Assembly: GCA_947502645.1 (NCBI GenBank)
Contig: CANNAD010000003.1
Coordinates: forward strand, 54,622 to 118,621
Reading direction: 5' to 3'
Source: an uncultured Micrococcaceae bacterium
GTDB lineage: Bacteria > Actinomycetota > Actinomycetes > Actinomycetales > Micrococcaceae
Length of the DNA: 64,000 nt
Shown here: positions 38,170-47,330 of the stretch, in pieces
Layout: each line of letters starts with the position of its first letter
Numbering within the stretch: position 1 is the first letter of the stretch
Made by a program: the position numbers and the translations under genes
The notes under the pieces: generated by a model
The model's input: the letters and a program-made list of their open reading frames with translations, nothing else
Databases searched by the model: none
What the model was told of the DNA's origin: nothing

Positions 38170-39351
38170 ATGTCAGACGACGCTTTCGAGATCATCATCA
38201 GTGTCAGTCTCGTCATCTGCGCTCTGGCTGCCGTTGCCGGCGTCGGGTTCTACCTCTCCAGGTCCCACCGGGACCTCGGAACCGAAGCGGACCTGGCAAC
38301 CTACCGCACGCTGCACACCGCCGCCACGGCATCACGGCACCTGCGCAGCGGACTCACTCAGGATGGAGCACGCAAAGCCGCACGGGACCTGCGCGAAATG
38401 CTCCACGCCGACGTCGTCGTCATCACCGACCTGAACGACGTGCTGGCCATCGACGGGCCGACCGGCGACTACCTGCCCAAGGCGCTCAAAACCATATCCG
38501 CCGGGCAGACCCGCATCTTCAGAACCAAGCCATCCAGGAAAAGCGGCGGCAACTCGACTACGCAGCAAATGGTTCTTGCACCCATCAGAACCGGCAAAGG
38601 GATCGTGGGATCCGTGGGCGCTGGAGGCACCAAGGTCAGTGCCGGCCTTATCCGGGCCTGCAACGAACTGGCCGATTGGATGGCGACACAAATAGATCTG
38701 GCCGAACTGGACACATCGCGGGCTTTGCTCATGGAAGCACAGATGCGGGCGCTACGGGCCCAGATCAGCCCCCACTTCATCTACAACTCGCTGAACGCGA
38801 TTGCCTCCTTCATCAACACGGATCCGCCGCGCGCCCGCGAACTGGTGCTCGAATTCGCCGACTTCACCCGCTACTCATTCCGGAACCACGGTGATTTCAC
38901 CACCATCGCAGAAGAACTCAAATCAGTAGACAGCTACCTCCTGCTCGAACGCGCCCGCTTCGGCGAGCGGCTGAACGTCACCCTGCACGTCGGTCCGGAA
39001 GTTCTGAACACCGTCATTCCCTTCCTGAGCCTGCAGCCTCTGGTGGAAAATGCAGTGCAGCACGGGATCGAAGTACGGGACGGTCCCGGACACATCACCA
39101 TCACCGCGCAGGACGCCGGTGCGTACGCGGAGGTCATCGTGGAAGACGACGGCGTGGGGATGGACCCTGAGCACGCTCACGAGATTCTCGCGGGACGTAA
39201 CGGCGGCGGTCACGTGGGGTTGAGAAATGTTGACCTTCGCCTTCGCCGTTTTTACGGGCCGAAAAATGGCCTGACCGTCGAAACGGCGCCTGGGGAAGGC
39301 ACGCTCATCGCCATGCGGGTGCCCAAGTTCCAACCGGGCAATCTCGCGTGA
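38170..39351 (+). CDS. LytS/YehU-type sensor histidine kinase with a single N-terminal TM and a GAF-like domain (no 5TM-LYT domain)
   Basis: 393 aa: one TM (IIISVSLVICALAAVAGVGFYL), a GAF-like region, …QISPHFIYNSLNAIASFI… (His_kinase), and HATPase (…GGHVGLRNVDLRLRRFYG…). Confidence 0.88.
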   Translation: MSDDAFEIIISVSLVICALAAVAGVGFYLSRSHRDLGTEADLATYRTLHTAATASRHLRSGLTQDGARKAARDLREMLHADVVVITDLNDVLAIDGPTGDYLPKALKTISAGQTRIFRTKPSRKSGGNSTTQQMVLAPIRTGKGIVGSVGAGGTKVSAGLIRACNELADWMATQIDLAELDTSRALLMEAQMRALRAQISPHFIYNSLNAIASFINTDPPRARELVLEFADFTRYSFRNHGDFTTIAEELKSVDSYLLLERARFGERLNVTLHVGPEVLNTVIPFLSLQPLVENAVQHGIEVRDGPGHITITAQDAGAYAEVIVEDDGVGMDPEHAHEILAGRNGGGHVGLRNVDLRLRRFYGPKNGLTVETAPGEGTLIAMRVPKFQPGNLA

Positions 39352-39367
39352 GCGTACTCTAGAGAAC

Positions 39368-40096
39368 ATGATCTCTGTGGTCGTGGCCGACGATGAGCAA
39401 CCCGCCGTCGACGAACTTGCCTACCTCCTGTCCCGTGAACCGCAGATCGCGGCTGTGCATACGGCCACCCGCGGCGCCCAGGTGTTGGAGTTGCTGGAGT
39501 CCACGAAAGTCGACGCCGTCTTTTTGGACATTCACATGCCCGCAGTCTCCGGCCTCGCCGTGGCGCGCGTGCTGTCAGAGATGGAGCGGCCGCCCGCCGT
39601 CGTCTTCGTCACCGCTGATGAAGCACACGCCCTGGCCGCCTATGATCTGGCTGCTGTGGACTATCTGCTGAAGCCGGTCCGGCCGGAACGTCTCGCTGAA
39701 GCAGTCCGCCGCATCTGCGATCTGACCAACGCGCCGTCGGCCGACCCAGACCCCTCGAACCTCATCACTGTCGATCAGGGCGGGGTGAGCAAGTTGATCC
39801 GCAGGGACGATGTCCAATACGTGCAGGCACAGGGAGACTACGCACGCCTGCACACGGCGGACGCAAGCTATCTGGTCCGGGTTCCGTTGACCGACCTCGT
39901 CGAACAATGGGAGGACAACGGGTTCCATCGCATCCACCGCTCGTATCTGGTATCCCTCAAAAATGTTGACAAGGTCCGTACCGCTGGTGGAACGGCCAGT
40001 GTCGACGTCGGAGGAACGCTCCTGCCCGTCAGCCGACGTCATCTGCCCGCCTTCCGCAGCATCCTGAAGAGCACCAGAATCCGGCCTCAACCATGA
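39368..40096 (+). CDS. LytR/AlgR family response regulator (receiver plus LytTR DNA-binding domain)
   Basis: 242 aa: MISVVVADDEQPAVDEL…DAVFLDIHMP… and the LytTR region …VQYVQAQGDYARLHT…FHRIHRSYLVSL…. Confidence 0.9.
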   Translation: MISVVVADDEQPAVDELAYLLSREPQIAAVHTATRGAQVLELLESTKVDAVFLDIHMPAVSGLAVARVLSEMERPPAVVFVTADEAHALAAYDLAAVDYLLKPVRPERLAEAVRRICDLTNAPSADPDPSNLITVDQGGVSKLIRRDDVQYVQAQGDYARLHTADASYLVRVPLTDLVEQWEDNGFHRIHRSYLVSLKNVDKVRTAGGTASVDVGGTLLPVSRRHLPAFRSILKSTRIRPQP

Positions 40097-40455
40097 CGGG
40101 AAACCCCCGACGTATCCGTGTGCAGTCACCCGGATACGATGCGCAGGAACCCGCGCCGGCCTCACAACCCGACGACGCCTCAAACGCCAGCGACGCCTAC
40201 GTCCGCTCGCTCATACGCTCCCAGCTGCGGCTCGCCGTCGTCGTGGGCTCCGGGTTCCTCATCCTGCTGCTGGGCGTACCCGCCCTGGTGTGGCTCTCCC
40301 CCGCGCTGGCCCAGCTGAGCATCCTCGGAGTTCCGCTGCAGTGGCTGCTCCTCGGATTCCTGATGTACCCCATCATGATCACTGCCGCCTGGCTTTACAC
40401 CCGGAGCGCCCAACGCAATGAAGAGCGGTACCGACAACTCACGGACCAGCAATGA
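40093..40455 (+). CDS. DUF485-like two-TM membrane protein
   Basis: 120 aa. Its ATG overlaps the regulator's TGA (ATGA, 40093-40096). Two hydrophobic segments precede a symporter gene, the same architecture as 37692-38042. Confidence 0.55.
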   Translation: MTGNPRRIRVQSPGYDAQEPAPASQPDDASNASDAYVRSLIRSQLRLAVVVGSGFLILLLGVPALVWLSPALAQLSILGVPLQWLLLGFLMYPIMITAAWLYTRSAQRNEERYRQLTDQQ

Positions 40456-40468
40456 TGCGGGCTGCCAC

Positions 40469-41917
40469 ATGAGTGCCCTGGCCGGCTACATAGCGCTGAC
40501 CGTCGTTTCAGCCGCAACACTGGTGATCGGTATCTACGGACTGAAATTTTCCCGGACCACGTCCGACTTCTACGTAGCTTCACGCTCCGTGAAACCGTGG
40601 TGGAACGCCTCAGCCATAGGCGGCGAATACCTCTCTGCCGCAAGCTTCCTCGGCGTCGCCGGCCTCATCCTGGTCTCCGGCGCCGACGCCCTATGGTTCC
40701 CCGTAGGCTACACCGCCGGATATCTGATGCTTCTACTCTTCGTCGCCGCACCCATGCGAAGATCCGGCGCCTACACGATCCCCGACTTCGCCGAGGCGCG
40801 GCTCAAGTCCCCCATGGCCCGGACGGTTACCAGCTTCCTGGTCATCGCCGTCGGCTGGCTCTATATTGTCCCGCAGCTACACGGAGCCGCCCTCGCCATC
40901 ACCGTGGCTACCGGGCTGCCCGGGTGGATCGGGGCGGTCATGGTCACGGGCGTCGTCGTCATCACCACGATGGCCGGTGGGATGAGGTCCATCACCTTCG
41001 TTCAGGCGTTCCAGTACTGGCTCAAACTCACAGCCATCGCCGTCCCCCTGGTCTTCATCATGCTCAGGCTCGGCACAACCGGACAGGACTGGTCAGGCAA
41101 CGGCGCCGCCTTCATCGGCGGGAACGGCGACGGCGACTGGTACACGAAGGTGTCCCTCGCCCTGGCGCTACTACTCGGAACCCTGGGACTGCCGCACGTC
41201 CTCGTGCGCTTCTACACCAACCCGGACGGCCCCTCCGCACGGCGCACCACGCTGATCGTGCTCGGGCTACTGTCCCTCTTCTACATCTTCCCGACCCTCT
41301 ACGGAATCCTCGGCAGGGTCTTCGCCCAGGACCTCGCAACCGGCCCCAACGCGGATGCGACCGTGCTGCTCCTGCCGGCCCGGATCTTCGACGGCATGGC
41401 ATCCGACGCACTGTCCGCCCTCGTGGTTGCCGGCGCCTTCGCCGCATTTCTCTCCACCACGTCCGGGCTGGTCGTATCCGTCGCCGGAGTACTCAGCCAG
41501 GACTTCTTCGGCGGCAGCGTCAAGGGATTTCGCCGGGCAGCACTGCTATCAGCGGCAGTGCCCCTGATGGTGGCCATCGCAACCGATTCCCTGGCACTCG
41601 CCGGCAGCGTTGGCCTCGTCTTTGCCTTCACCGCCTCAACACTGTGTCCCATGCTGCTGCTGGGCATCTGGTGGCGCGGACTCACAGACGTGGGCGCCGT
41701 CGTCGGCATGGGCGTGGGCACGGTGCTGTGCGGCGGCGCGATTCTGGCCTCTACCCTTTTCACCGGGCCTGCCCCGGTCCTGCTGCAGTATCCGGCAGCC
41801 TGGACCGTACCGCCAGCGTTTGCAGCGATGATCATTGCCTCGCGGATGACCGCCCACCGCAGACCCACCGGGCTCAACCGGATTCTGGCACGCCTGCATG
41901 TGCCTGAAAACGACTAG
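40469..41917 (+). CDS. solute:sodium symporter family permease (second, divergent ActP-like paralogue)
   Basis: MSALAGYIALTVV…SDFYVASRSVKPWWNASAIGGEYLSAASFLGV…. ATG 40469 lies 13 nt after the upstream stop; the track start at 40418 is rejected. Confidence 0.85.
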   Translation: MSALAGYIALTVVSAATLVIGIYGLKFSRTTSDFYVASRSVKPWWNASAIGGEYLSAASFLGVAGLILVSGADALWFPVGYTAGYLMLLLFVAAPMRRSGAYTIPDFAEARLKSPMARTVTSFLVIAVGWLYIVPQLHGAALAITVATGLPGWIGAVMVTGVVVITTMAGGMRSITFVQAFQYWLKLTAIAVPLVFIMLRLGTTGQDWSGNGAAFIGGNGDGDWYTKVSLALALLLGTLGLPHVLVRFYTNPDGPSARRTTLIVLGLLSLFYIFPTLYGILGRVFAQDLATGPNADATVLLLPARIFDGMASDALSALVVAGAFAAFLSTTSGLVVSVAGVLSQDFFGGSVKGFRRAALLSAAVPLMVAIATDSLALAGSVGLVFAFTASTLCPMLLLGIWWRGLTDVGAVVGMGVGTVLCGGAILASTLFTGPAPVLLQYPAAWTVPPAFAAMIIASRMTAHRRPTGLNRILARLHVPEND

Positions 41918-42492
41918 TCGATGGAAGCCATCAGCTCGACGACGCGGTCCAGAAAAGCGTCTACCTGGTTCTCCTCATAGCCGCTCCGACCCCGTGCCTC
42001 GCGGAAAACTGCCCGGCGAATCACATCGACACTCAACGGCTGATCCTGTTCGAAATAGCCCAACAGTTCATCACAGAGAGCATCAACATCCCTAACGTTG
42101 TAGCTGAAGGCCTTCCGCGCCGAAGGACGGCGAAACCGTTCCCCGTGCGGCCGGTGAAGGCGGGCGCGCAGCACCGTGGACATGCGGCCAATCGCTGACA
42201 GCCAAGCTTCCTCACCCTTCTCCTGGATCAGCTGATCGCGCTCCCGCTGGGCGAAAACATCTTCCAGCCGATCGAGGGCGGCGTCCACCGCCTGCGCCTC
42301 ATATCCACCCTTGGCAGGGTCAAAGGCCATTGAACGGACCGTTTTGCTCGTGATGGGATCGGCATCCTGATCGGGGTCGTTGTAGTAGGCCCTGGCCTCG
42401 GTGAGAAAATCGTCCACCTGCCGGATGTTGTACCCGTACTCGCGGCGTCCAACCCGCTCAAAGGGCGAACGCCCTCGCCGCATTTCTTCCAT
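41914..42492 (-). CDS. DivIVA-domain protein (two repeats)
   Basis: 192 aa with …REYGYNIRQVDDFLTEA… and …KAFSYNVRDVDALCDEL…GYEENQVDAFLDRVVE…. Confidence 0.7.
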   Translation of the reverse strand: MEEMRRGRSPFERVGRREYGYNIRQVDDFLTEARAYYNDPDQDADPITSKTVRSMAFDPAKGGYEAQAVDAALDRLEDVFAQRERDQLIQEKGEEAWLSAIGRMSTVLRARLHRPHGERFRRPSARKAFSYNVRDVDALCDELLGYFEQDQPLSVDVIRRAVFREARGRSGYEENQVDAFLDRVVELMASID

Positions 42493-42568
42493 CCCGAGCT
42501 ACGATCCCTTCCTTGTACTCATCCGGCCTACCCTGCATCGGCGCCAGCGGCCATACAGCCACTAAAAA

Positions 42569-43504
42569 CTACATTGCGCCTGGAACGAGCGTACTGGATA
42601 GTAGGTAGGCAACCGGGGAGGCAAACACGATGGAATCAAGCCGGTCCATCACTCCACCGTGACCTGGCAGCGCCGTACCCATGTCCTTGATCCCGAGTTC
42701 ACGCTTGACCATGGACTCCGCGAGATCTCCGCCCGTAGCCGCCGCCACGGTGGCAATGGCCAGGATCAGCCCAAACCACCACGGCAGTTCCAGCAGAAAC
42801 ACTGAAGCCAGTACGCCAACAAGCACGGCCCCGCCAACAGAGCCGCCGAAACCCTCCCACGACTTCTTCGGGCTGATCTTCGGGGCCATCGGATGCTTGC
42901 CAAAGAACGCTCCGATCAGATACCCGAATGTGTCATTCGCGACGACCAGCAACAGCAGCGTCACCACCTTGAAACTGCCCTGGGGCTGCTGGAACAGAAG
43001 GAGGGCAAAGCTGATCAGGAAAGGCACCCACAGCATCACGAAGAGCCCGCTCATGACGCTTCGTGTGGCGTCTTCGGCTGGATCCAGACTTCGCCACAAC
43101 AACAGTGCGACGGCGGAGGCCACCACCGCGAAGCCAAGAGCCTCCGTGCCGCCAAGATAGGCGGAGAACGGCAAAGCCACACTGCCGGCCACGACGGGGA
43201 TCAACGGAACATGGATGTCCCGGACCTCGAGCGCACGGCTGACCTCCCACACGCCGATGACACCGAACACGGTGGCAGTCGCCACGAAGGCCAACGGCGC
43301 AAAAAACAACCCCACCAGGATGGCGAAGAGCAGTATGAGACCCACGCCAATGGCAGCAGGAAGATCCCGGCCAGCGCGGGAATTCCCCGATGGCTGGCGG
43401 CGCCGCTTTCGACCCGACGGGCCCGTCGCGGGTGACCCTATGGGAGCCGCCGCTTCAGGGCCGGTTGACCCACGCTCCGCGGTTGGAGGCTGAACATCAC
43501 TCAT
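42569..43504 (-). CDS. cdsA: phosphatidate cytidylyltransferase
   Basis: 311 aa polytopic protein with C-terminal KRELGIKDMGTALPGHGGVMDRLDS. frr-cdsA context. Confidence 0.88.
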   Translation of the reverse strand: MSDVQPPTAERGSTGPEAAAPIGSPATGPSGRKRRRQPSGNSRAGRDLPAAIGVGLILLFAILVGLFFAPLAFVATATVFGVIGVWEVSRALEVRDIHVPLIPVVAGSVALPFSAYLGGTEALGFAVVASAVALLLWRSLDPAEDATRSVMSGLFVMLWVPFLISFALLLFQQPQGSFKVVTLLLLVVANDTFGYLIGAFFGKHPMAPKISPKKSWEGFGGSVGGAVLVGVLASVFLLELPWWFGLILAIATVAAATGGDLAESMVKRELGIKDMGTALPGHGGVMDRLDSIVFASPVAYLLSSTLVPGAM

Positions 43505-44061
43505 TAGACCTCGAGAAGCTCTGCTTCCTTGCGTTTGAGCAGCTCATCAACGGTGTCCGTGTGAGCCTTCGTGACGGCATCGAGCTCTTTCTCAGCCCGG
43601 TTCCCTTCATCCTCACCGGCCTCGCCGTCCTTGACGAACTTGTCAATGGCGTCCTTGGCCTTCCGGCGGATGTTGCGGATGGAGATCTTTGCATCCTCCG
43701 CTTTGGCCCGGACAACTTTCACATACTCCCGACGGCGCTCTTCGGTGAGCTCCGGCATCACTACCCGAATGACGATGCCGTCATTGGCCGGGTTGGCACC
43801 AAGGTTGGAATCACGCAGAGCACGTTCAATGTCCTGCAGGGAGGACTTGTCATAGGGAGTGATGAGCAGTGTGCGCGCTTCGGGGACCTGAAACGCGGCC
43901 AACTGCTGCAGCGGAGTGGGCGTGCCGTAGTAATCCACGGTCAGCTTTGAAAACAGCGAAGGGTTGGCCCGACCTGTACGTACGGTGGAGAAGTCCTCCT
44001 TGGCGACCTCAACCGCCTTGTCCATCTTCTCCGACGACTCCTGCAGGGTTTCCTGAATCAC
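43504..44061 (-). CDS. frr: ribosome recycling factor
   Basis: 185 aa: …RTGRANPSLFSKLTVDYYGTPTPLQQLA…. Confidence 0.96.
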   Translation of the reverse strand: MIQETLQESSEKMDKAVEVAKEDFSTVRTGRANPSLFSKLTVDYYGTPTPLQQLAAFQVPEARTLLITPYDKSSLQDIERALRDSNLGANPANDGIVIRVVMPELTEERRREYVKVVRAKAEDAKISIRNIRRKAKDAIDKFVKDGEAGEDEGNRAEKELDAVTKAHTDTVDELLKRKEAELLEV

Positions 44062-44177
44062 TGTGTCTCCTTAGACGAAAATTTGCCGCTGACGACGGCG
44101 GCGGGGCTCTGTTCCATCCTATACGGGGCGGTACTTTCTGCAGGGCCGCCCATGGGCGAGCCCTGCTGACAACCAGC

Positions 44178-44909
44178 TCACACCGTTACGCAGGTACCAA
44201 TCTCGTGCCCGAGAATGGCACTGGTGACGTTGCCTTCGCCTTCCATGCCGAAGACAAGCATTTCGAGGTTGTTGTCCTTGCACATGGTCATCGCCGTCTG
44301 GTCCATCACACGGATGTCCTGACGCAGCGCATCGTCATAGGTCAGCGACTCAAGTTTCCGGGCCGAGGGATCCTTACGCGGATCTGCCGTATACACACCA
44401 TCGACCCCGCTCTTGGCCATCAGGACCAGGTCTGCGTGCACTTCCAGGGCACGCTGCGCAGCGACGGTATCCGTGGAGAAATATGGAAGCCCGGCACCGG
44501 CGCCGAAGATGACAACGCGGCCCTTTTCCAGGTGGCGGATAGCGCGACGCGGTATGTAGGCCTCTGCGACCTGGCCCATGGTGATGGCGCTCTGAACCCG
44601 CGTCTCGACGCCTGCCTGCTCCAGGAAATCCTGTAGTGCCAAGCAGTTCATGACGGTTCCGAGCATTCCCATGTAGTCCGCCCGTGAGCGGTCCATTCCG
44701 CTTTGGGACAGCTCTGCGCCCCGGAAGAAGTTTCCGCCTCCGACGACGATGGCGACCTCCACCCTGCCCACCGTCTCAGCGATCTGCTTGGCGATTCCGC
44801 GGACGATCTCTGGGTCTACACCGAGTTTCCCGCCTCCGAACACTTCCCCTGACAGCTTGAGTAGAACTCTTCTGCGGGGGACTTCCTGTAGCTTCTCGTT
44901 GTTCTCCAT
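44178..44909 (-). CDS. pyrH: UMP kinase
   Basis: [26 protein letters not shown]…. GGGAGG SD before ATG 44909; the track start at 45014 is rejected. Confidence 0.95.
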   Translation of the reverse strand: MENNEKLQEVPRRRVLLKLSGEVFGGGKLGVDPEIVRGIAKQIAETVGRVEVAIVVGGGNFFRGAELSQSGMDRSRADYMGMLGTVMNCLALQDFLEQAGVETRVQSAITMGQVAEAYIPRRAIRHLEKGRVVIFGAGAGLPYFSTDTVAAQRALEVHADLVLMAKSGVDGVYTADPRKDPSARKLESLTYDDALRQDIRVMDQTAMTMCKDNNLEMLVFGMEGEGNVTSAILGHEIGTCVTV

Positions 44910-45002
44910 TGGTGCCTCCCATGGCAGGTAGCGGGCATTGTGACCATTATGGGCATTGCCGGACATCGGAAAATAGTTGGTTGAATGTTTCGGGCAGAAG
45001 AA

Positions 45003-45032
45003 AGGAGCGGTCACCAGTCGGTGACCGCTCCT
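45003..45032 (-). terminator. intrinsic terminator after tsf
   Basis: AGGAGCGGTCACC agtc GGTGACCGCTCCT (13-bp perfect stem), followed on the minus strand by TTTCTTCTG. Confidence 0.55.
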
Positions 45033-45071
45033 CCATATCTTGGTGCCTGGACCGTTCGGCCGGTAGCTTGG

Positions 45072-45911
45072 CTACGCGCCTACACGGAAACGTGCAAATC
45101 CGGTGGCTGTTGCGCCTGCTTCTTCAAGCACCTGGCCGACAGTCTTCTTTGCATCCTTGGCAAAGGGCTGGTCGACGAGGACGATCTCCTTGAAGAATCC
45201 GGTCAAGCGACCCTCAACAATCTTCGTCAGCGCAGCTTCCGGCTTACCTTCCGCACGTGCTGTTTCGTCAGCGATGCGACGCTCGTTCTCCACGGTCTCG
45301 GCCGGGACTTCCTCCCGCGTCAGGAACTTGGGAGCGAAAGCTGCCGTGTGCACGGCTACGTCGTGAGCGGCTTCGCTGGCGTTTTCGCCTTCGCTGTCCA
45401 CAGCGAACAGAACGCCGACCTGGGCCGGGAGGTCCTTGGACGTCTTGTGCAGGTAAGCGTCGACGGTCTTGCCCTCGATGCGTGCCATACGACGGACAAC
45501 AACCTTCTCGCCGAGGATTGCACCCTCTTCGACGACGAGGTCGGAGAGCTTCTTGCCGTTGACGTCTGCTTCGAGCAGGGCTTCGACGTCGGCAGCACCG
45601 GAGGTGACTGCCGTTTCGAGGACCGTTTCGCTCAGTTCAATGAACTTTGCGGACTTGGCAACGAAGTCGGTTTCGCAGTTGACCTCGACCATGACGCCGA
45701 CGGTTCCGTCCACGATGCGTGCGGCAACGAGGCCCTCGGCCGTTGAGCGACCTTCGCGCTTGGTAGCACCCTTGAGGCCCTTGATGCGGATTAGATCCAT
45801 GGCTTTCTCGGCGTCGCCGTTCGCCTCGTCGAGAGCCTTCTTGACGTCCATCATGCCAGCGCCCGTGCGCTCGCGCAGAGCCTTGATATCAGCGGCGGTG
45901 TAGTTCGCCAT
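45072..45911 (-). CDS. tsf: elongation factor Ts
   Basis: 279 aa: MANYTAADIKALRERTGAGMMDVKKALDEANGD…. Confidence 0.96.
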   Translation of the reverse strand: MANYTAADIKALRERTGAGMMDVKKALDEANGDAEKAMDLIRIKGLKGATKREGRSTAEGLVAARIVDGTVGVMVEVNCETDFVAKSAKFIELSETVLETAVTSGAADVEALLEADVNGKKLSDLVVEEGAILGEKVVVRRMARIEGKTVDAYLHKTSKDLPAQVGVLFAVDSEGENASEAAHDVAVHTAAFAPKFLTREEVPAETVENERRIADETARAEGKPEAALTKIVEGRLTGFFKEIVLVDQPFAKDAKKTVGQVLEEAGATATGFARFRVGA

Positions 45912-45951
45912 AGTGAACCCCTTCAGTGAGTATCTGCAGTATGTTTTCGTG

Positions 45952-45985
45952 GCGACAGTCCCGGAACTCGGTCCGGGACTGTCGC
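45952..45985 (-). terminator. 14-bp perfect hairpin between rpsB and tsf (intra-operon attenuator or stabiliser; no U-tract)
   Basis: GCGACAGTCCCGGA actcgg TCCGGGACTGTCGC. Confidence 0.35.
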
Positions 45986-46026
45986 GACGCTCGTTCCACA
46001 GGGCTCACGCCCCACGGAATGAAGCC

Positions 46027-46911
46027 TTACTTTGCTTCTTCTGCTGCTTCCGGAGCTGCCGGTGCTTCAGCGGTCTCTGCCGCTGCAGGAGCCTCGGCAG
46101 GAGCTTCCGCCGGAGCCTCAGCAGGTGCTGCCTGTGCTTCGCTGCCAGCGTCACCGAGGAGTTCGCGCTCCCACTCTGCCATCGGCTCCGCTGCGGCTGA
46201 GGAATCCGAGCCGGAACGGTTGTGACGGGCAACGAGACCCTCAGCCACTGCATCAGCAACGACGCGGGTCAGCAGGTTCACGGAGCGGATGGCGTCATCG
46301 TTACCCGGGATCGGGAAGTCGACGTCGTCCGGGTCGCAGTTGCTGTCCAGGATGGCAACAACCGGGATGTTGAGCTTCTTGGCCTCGTCCACGGCCAGGT
46401 GCTCCTTCTGCGTGTCAACGATCCAGATCGCGGACGGAGCCTTGGTGAGGTTGCGGATACCACCGAGGTTGGTTTCGAGCTTGGTCATTTCACGCTTGAA
46501 GAGGAGAAGCTCCTTCTTCGTGTGACCGGAGCCGGCGACGTCGTCGAAGTCGATCTCTTCGAGTTCCTTCAAGCGCTGGATGCGCTTGGCGACAGTCTGG
46601 AAGTTAGTGAGCATACCGCCGAGCCAGCGCTGGTTGACGTAGGGCTGACCCACGCGGGTAGCCTGCTCTGCGATGGTCTCCTGAGCCTGCTTCTTGGTAC
46701 CAACGAAGAGGATGGTTCCACCGTGAGCCACGGTAGCCTTCACAAACTCGTAGGCGCGGTCGATGTAGGACAGCGACTGCTGCAGGTCAATGATGTAGAT
46801 GCCGTTGCGTTCCGTGAAGATGAAGCGCTTCATCTTCGGGTTCCAACGACGGGTCTGGTGACCGAAATGTACGCCGCTGTCGAGCAGCTGACGCATGGTA
46901 ACGACTGGCAT
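46027..46911 (-). CDS. rpsB: 30S ribosomal protein S2 with an Ala/Glu/Pro-rich C-terminal tail
   Basis: [32 protein letters not shown]…. GGAAGGAG SD before ATG 46911; the track start at 46959 is rejected. Confidence 0.96.
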   Translation of the reverse strand: MPVVTMRQLLDSGVHFGHQTRRWNPKMKRFIFTERNGIYIIDLQQSLSYIDRAYEFVKATVAHGGTILFVGTKKQAQETIAEQATRVGQPYVNQRWLGGMLTNFQTVAKRIQRLKELEEIDFDDVAGSGHTKKELLLFKREMTKLETNLGGIRNLTKAPSAIWIVDTQKEHLAVDEAKKLNIPVVAILDSNCDPDDVDFPIPGNDDAIRSVNLLTRVVADAVAEGLVARHNRSGSDSSAAAEPMAEWERELLGDAGSEAQAAPAEAPAEAPAEAPAAAETAEAPAAPEAAEEAK

Positions 46912-47330
46912 GTCGTCACTCCTTCCGGCAGGCGGACGAACAGGTCCGGTGGCTGCCATTTTGACGGTTGATAACTATCTGCCCGGGATGGGCAGGAGTT
47001 CCTGGTGCTCGTCAGCCTCCCTGCGGAAGCTGCACTCCCACCCGACATAAGCCGTACCGCTGGAAGTGCACCCGTTTCCGCGCGGCAAACATGCGCAGCG
47101 GAGACGGGATTCAGAACACGCGAAGTCAATCCGACGCCTGATTCAAGGACTGTTACATGAACCGAACTTTGTTCAGGACACCGAATTGCTTCACCCAGTG
47201 TACTACAGGCCGTCATGCCAGCACGGCGCAGCCTTCCACTGTCCCTCCACAGCTCATGGCCGCCTCGGAACGCTCCACAGGTCCCCCGCCAGAGACGACA
47301 GCATCCCTGCACGGACTTCAGGATAGAAAC

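Noticed and set aside
40597-41907. 436-aa ORF in an alternative plus-strand frame of the second symporter gene
   Set aside because: Its translation is extremely Arg/Pro/His-rich. The in-frame symporter translation has clear TM helices and the SSS signature, so this is a frame artefact.
46960-47330. ydaO-type c-di-AMP riboswitch upstream of the M23 cell-wall hydrolase gene
   Set aside because: I could not find the conserved GGGGA…CCCA / GGUGAAUC / CCGA.CCCGUCAGC-type blocks as I remember them. Only weak similarities such as AGCGGAGACGGGA are present. This should still be checked with Rfam.
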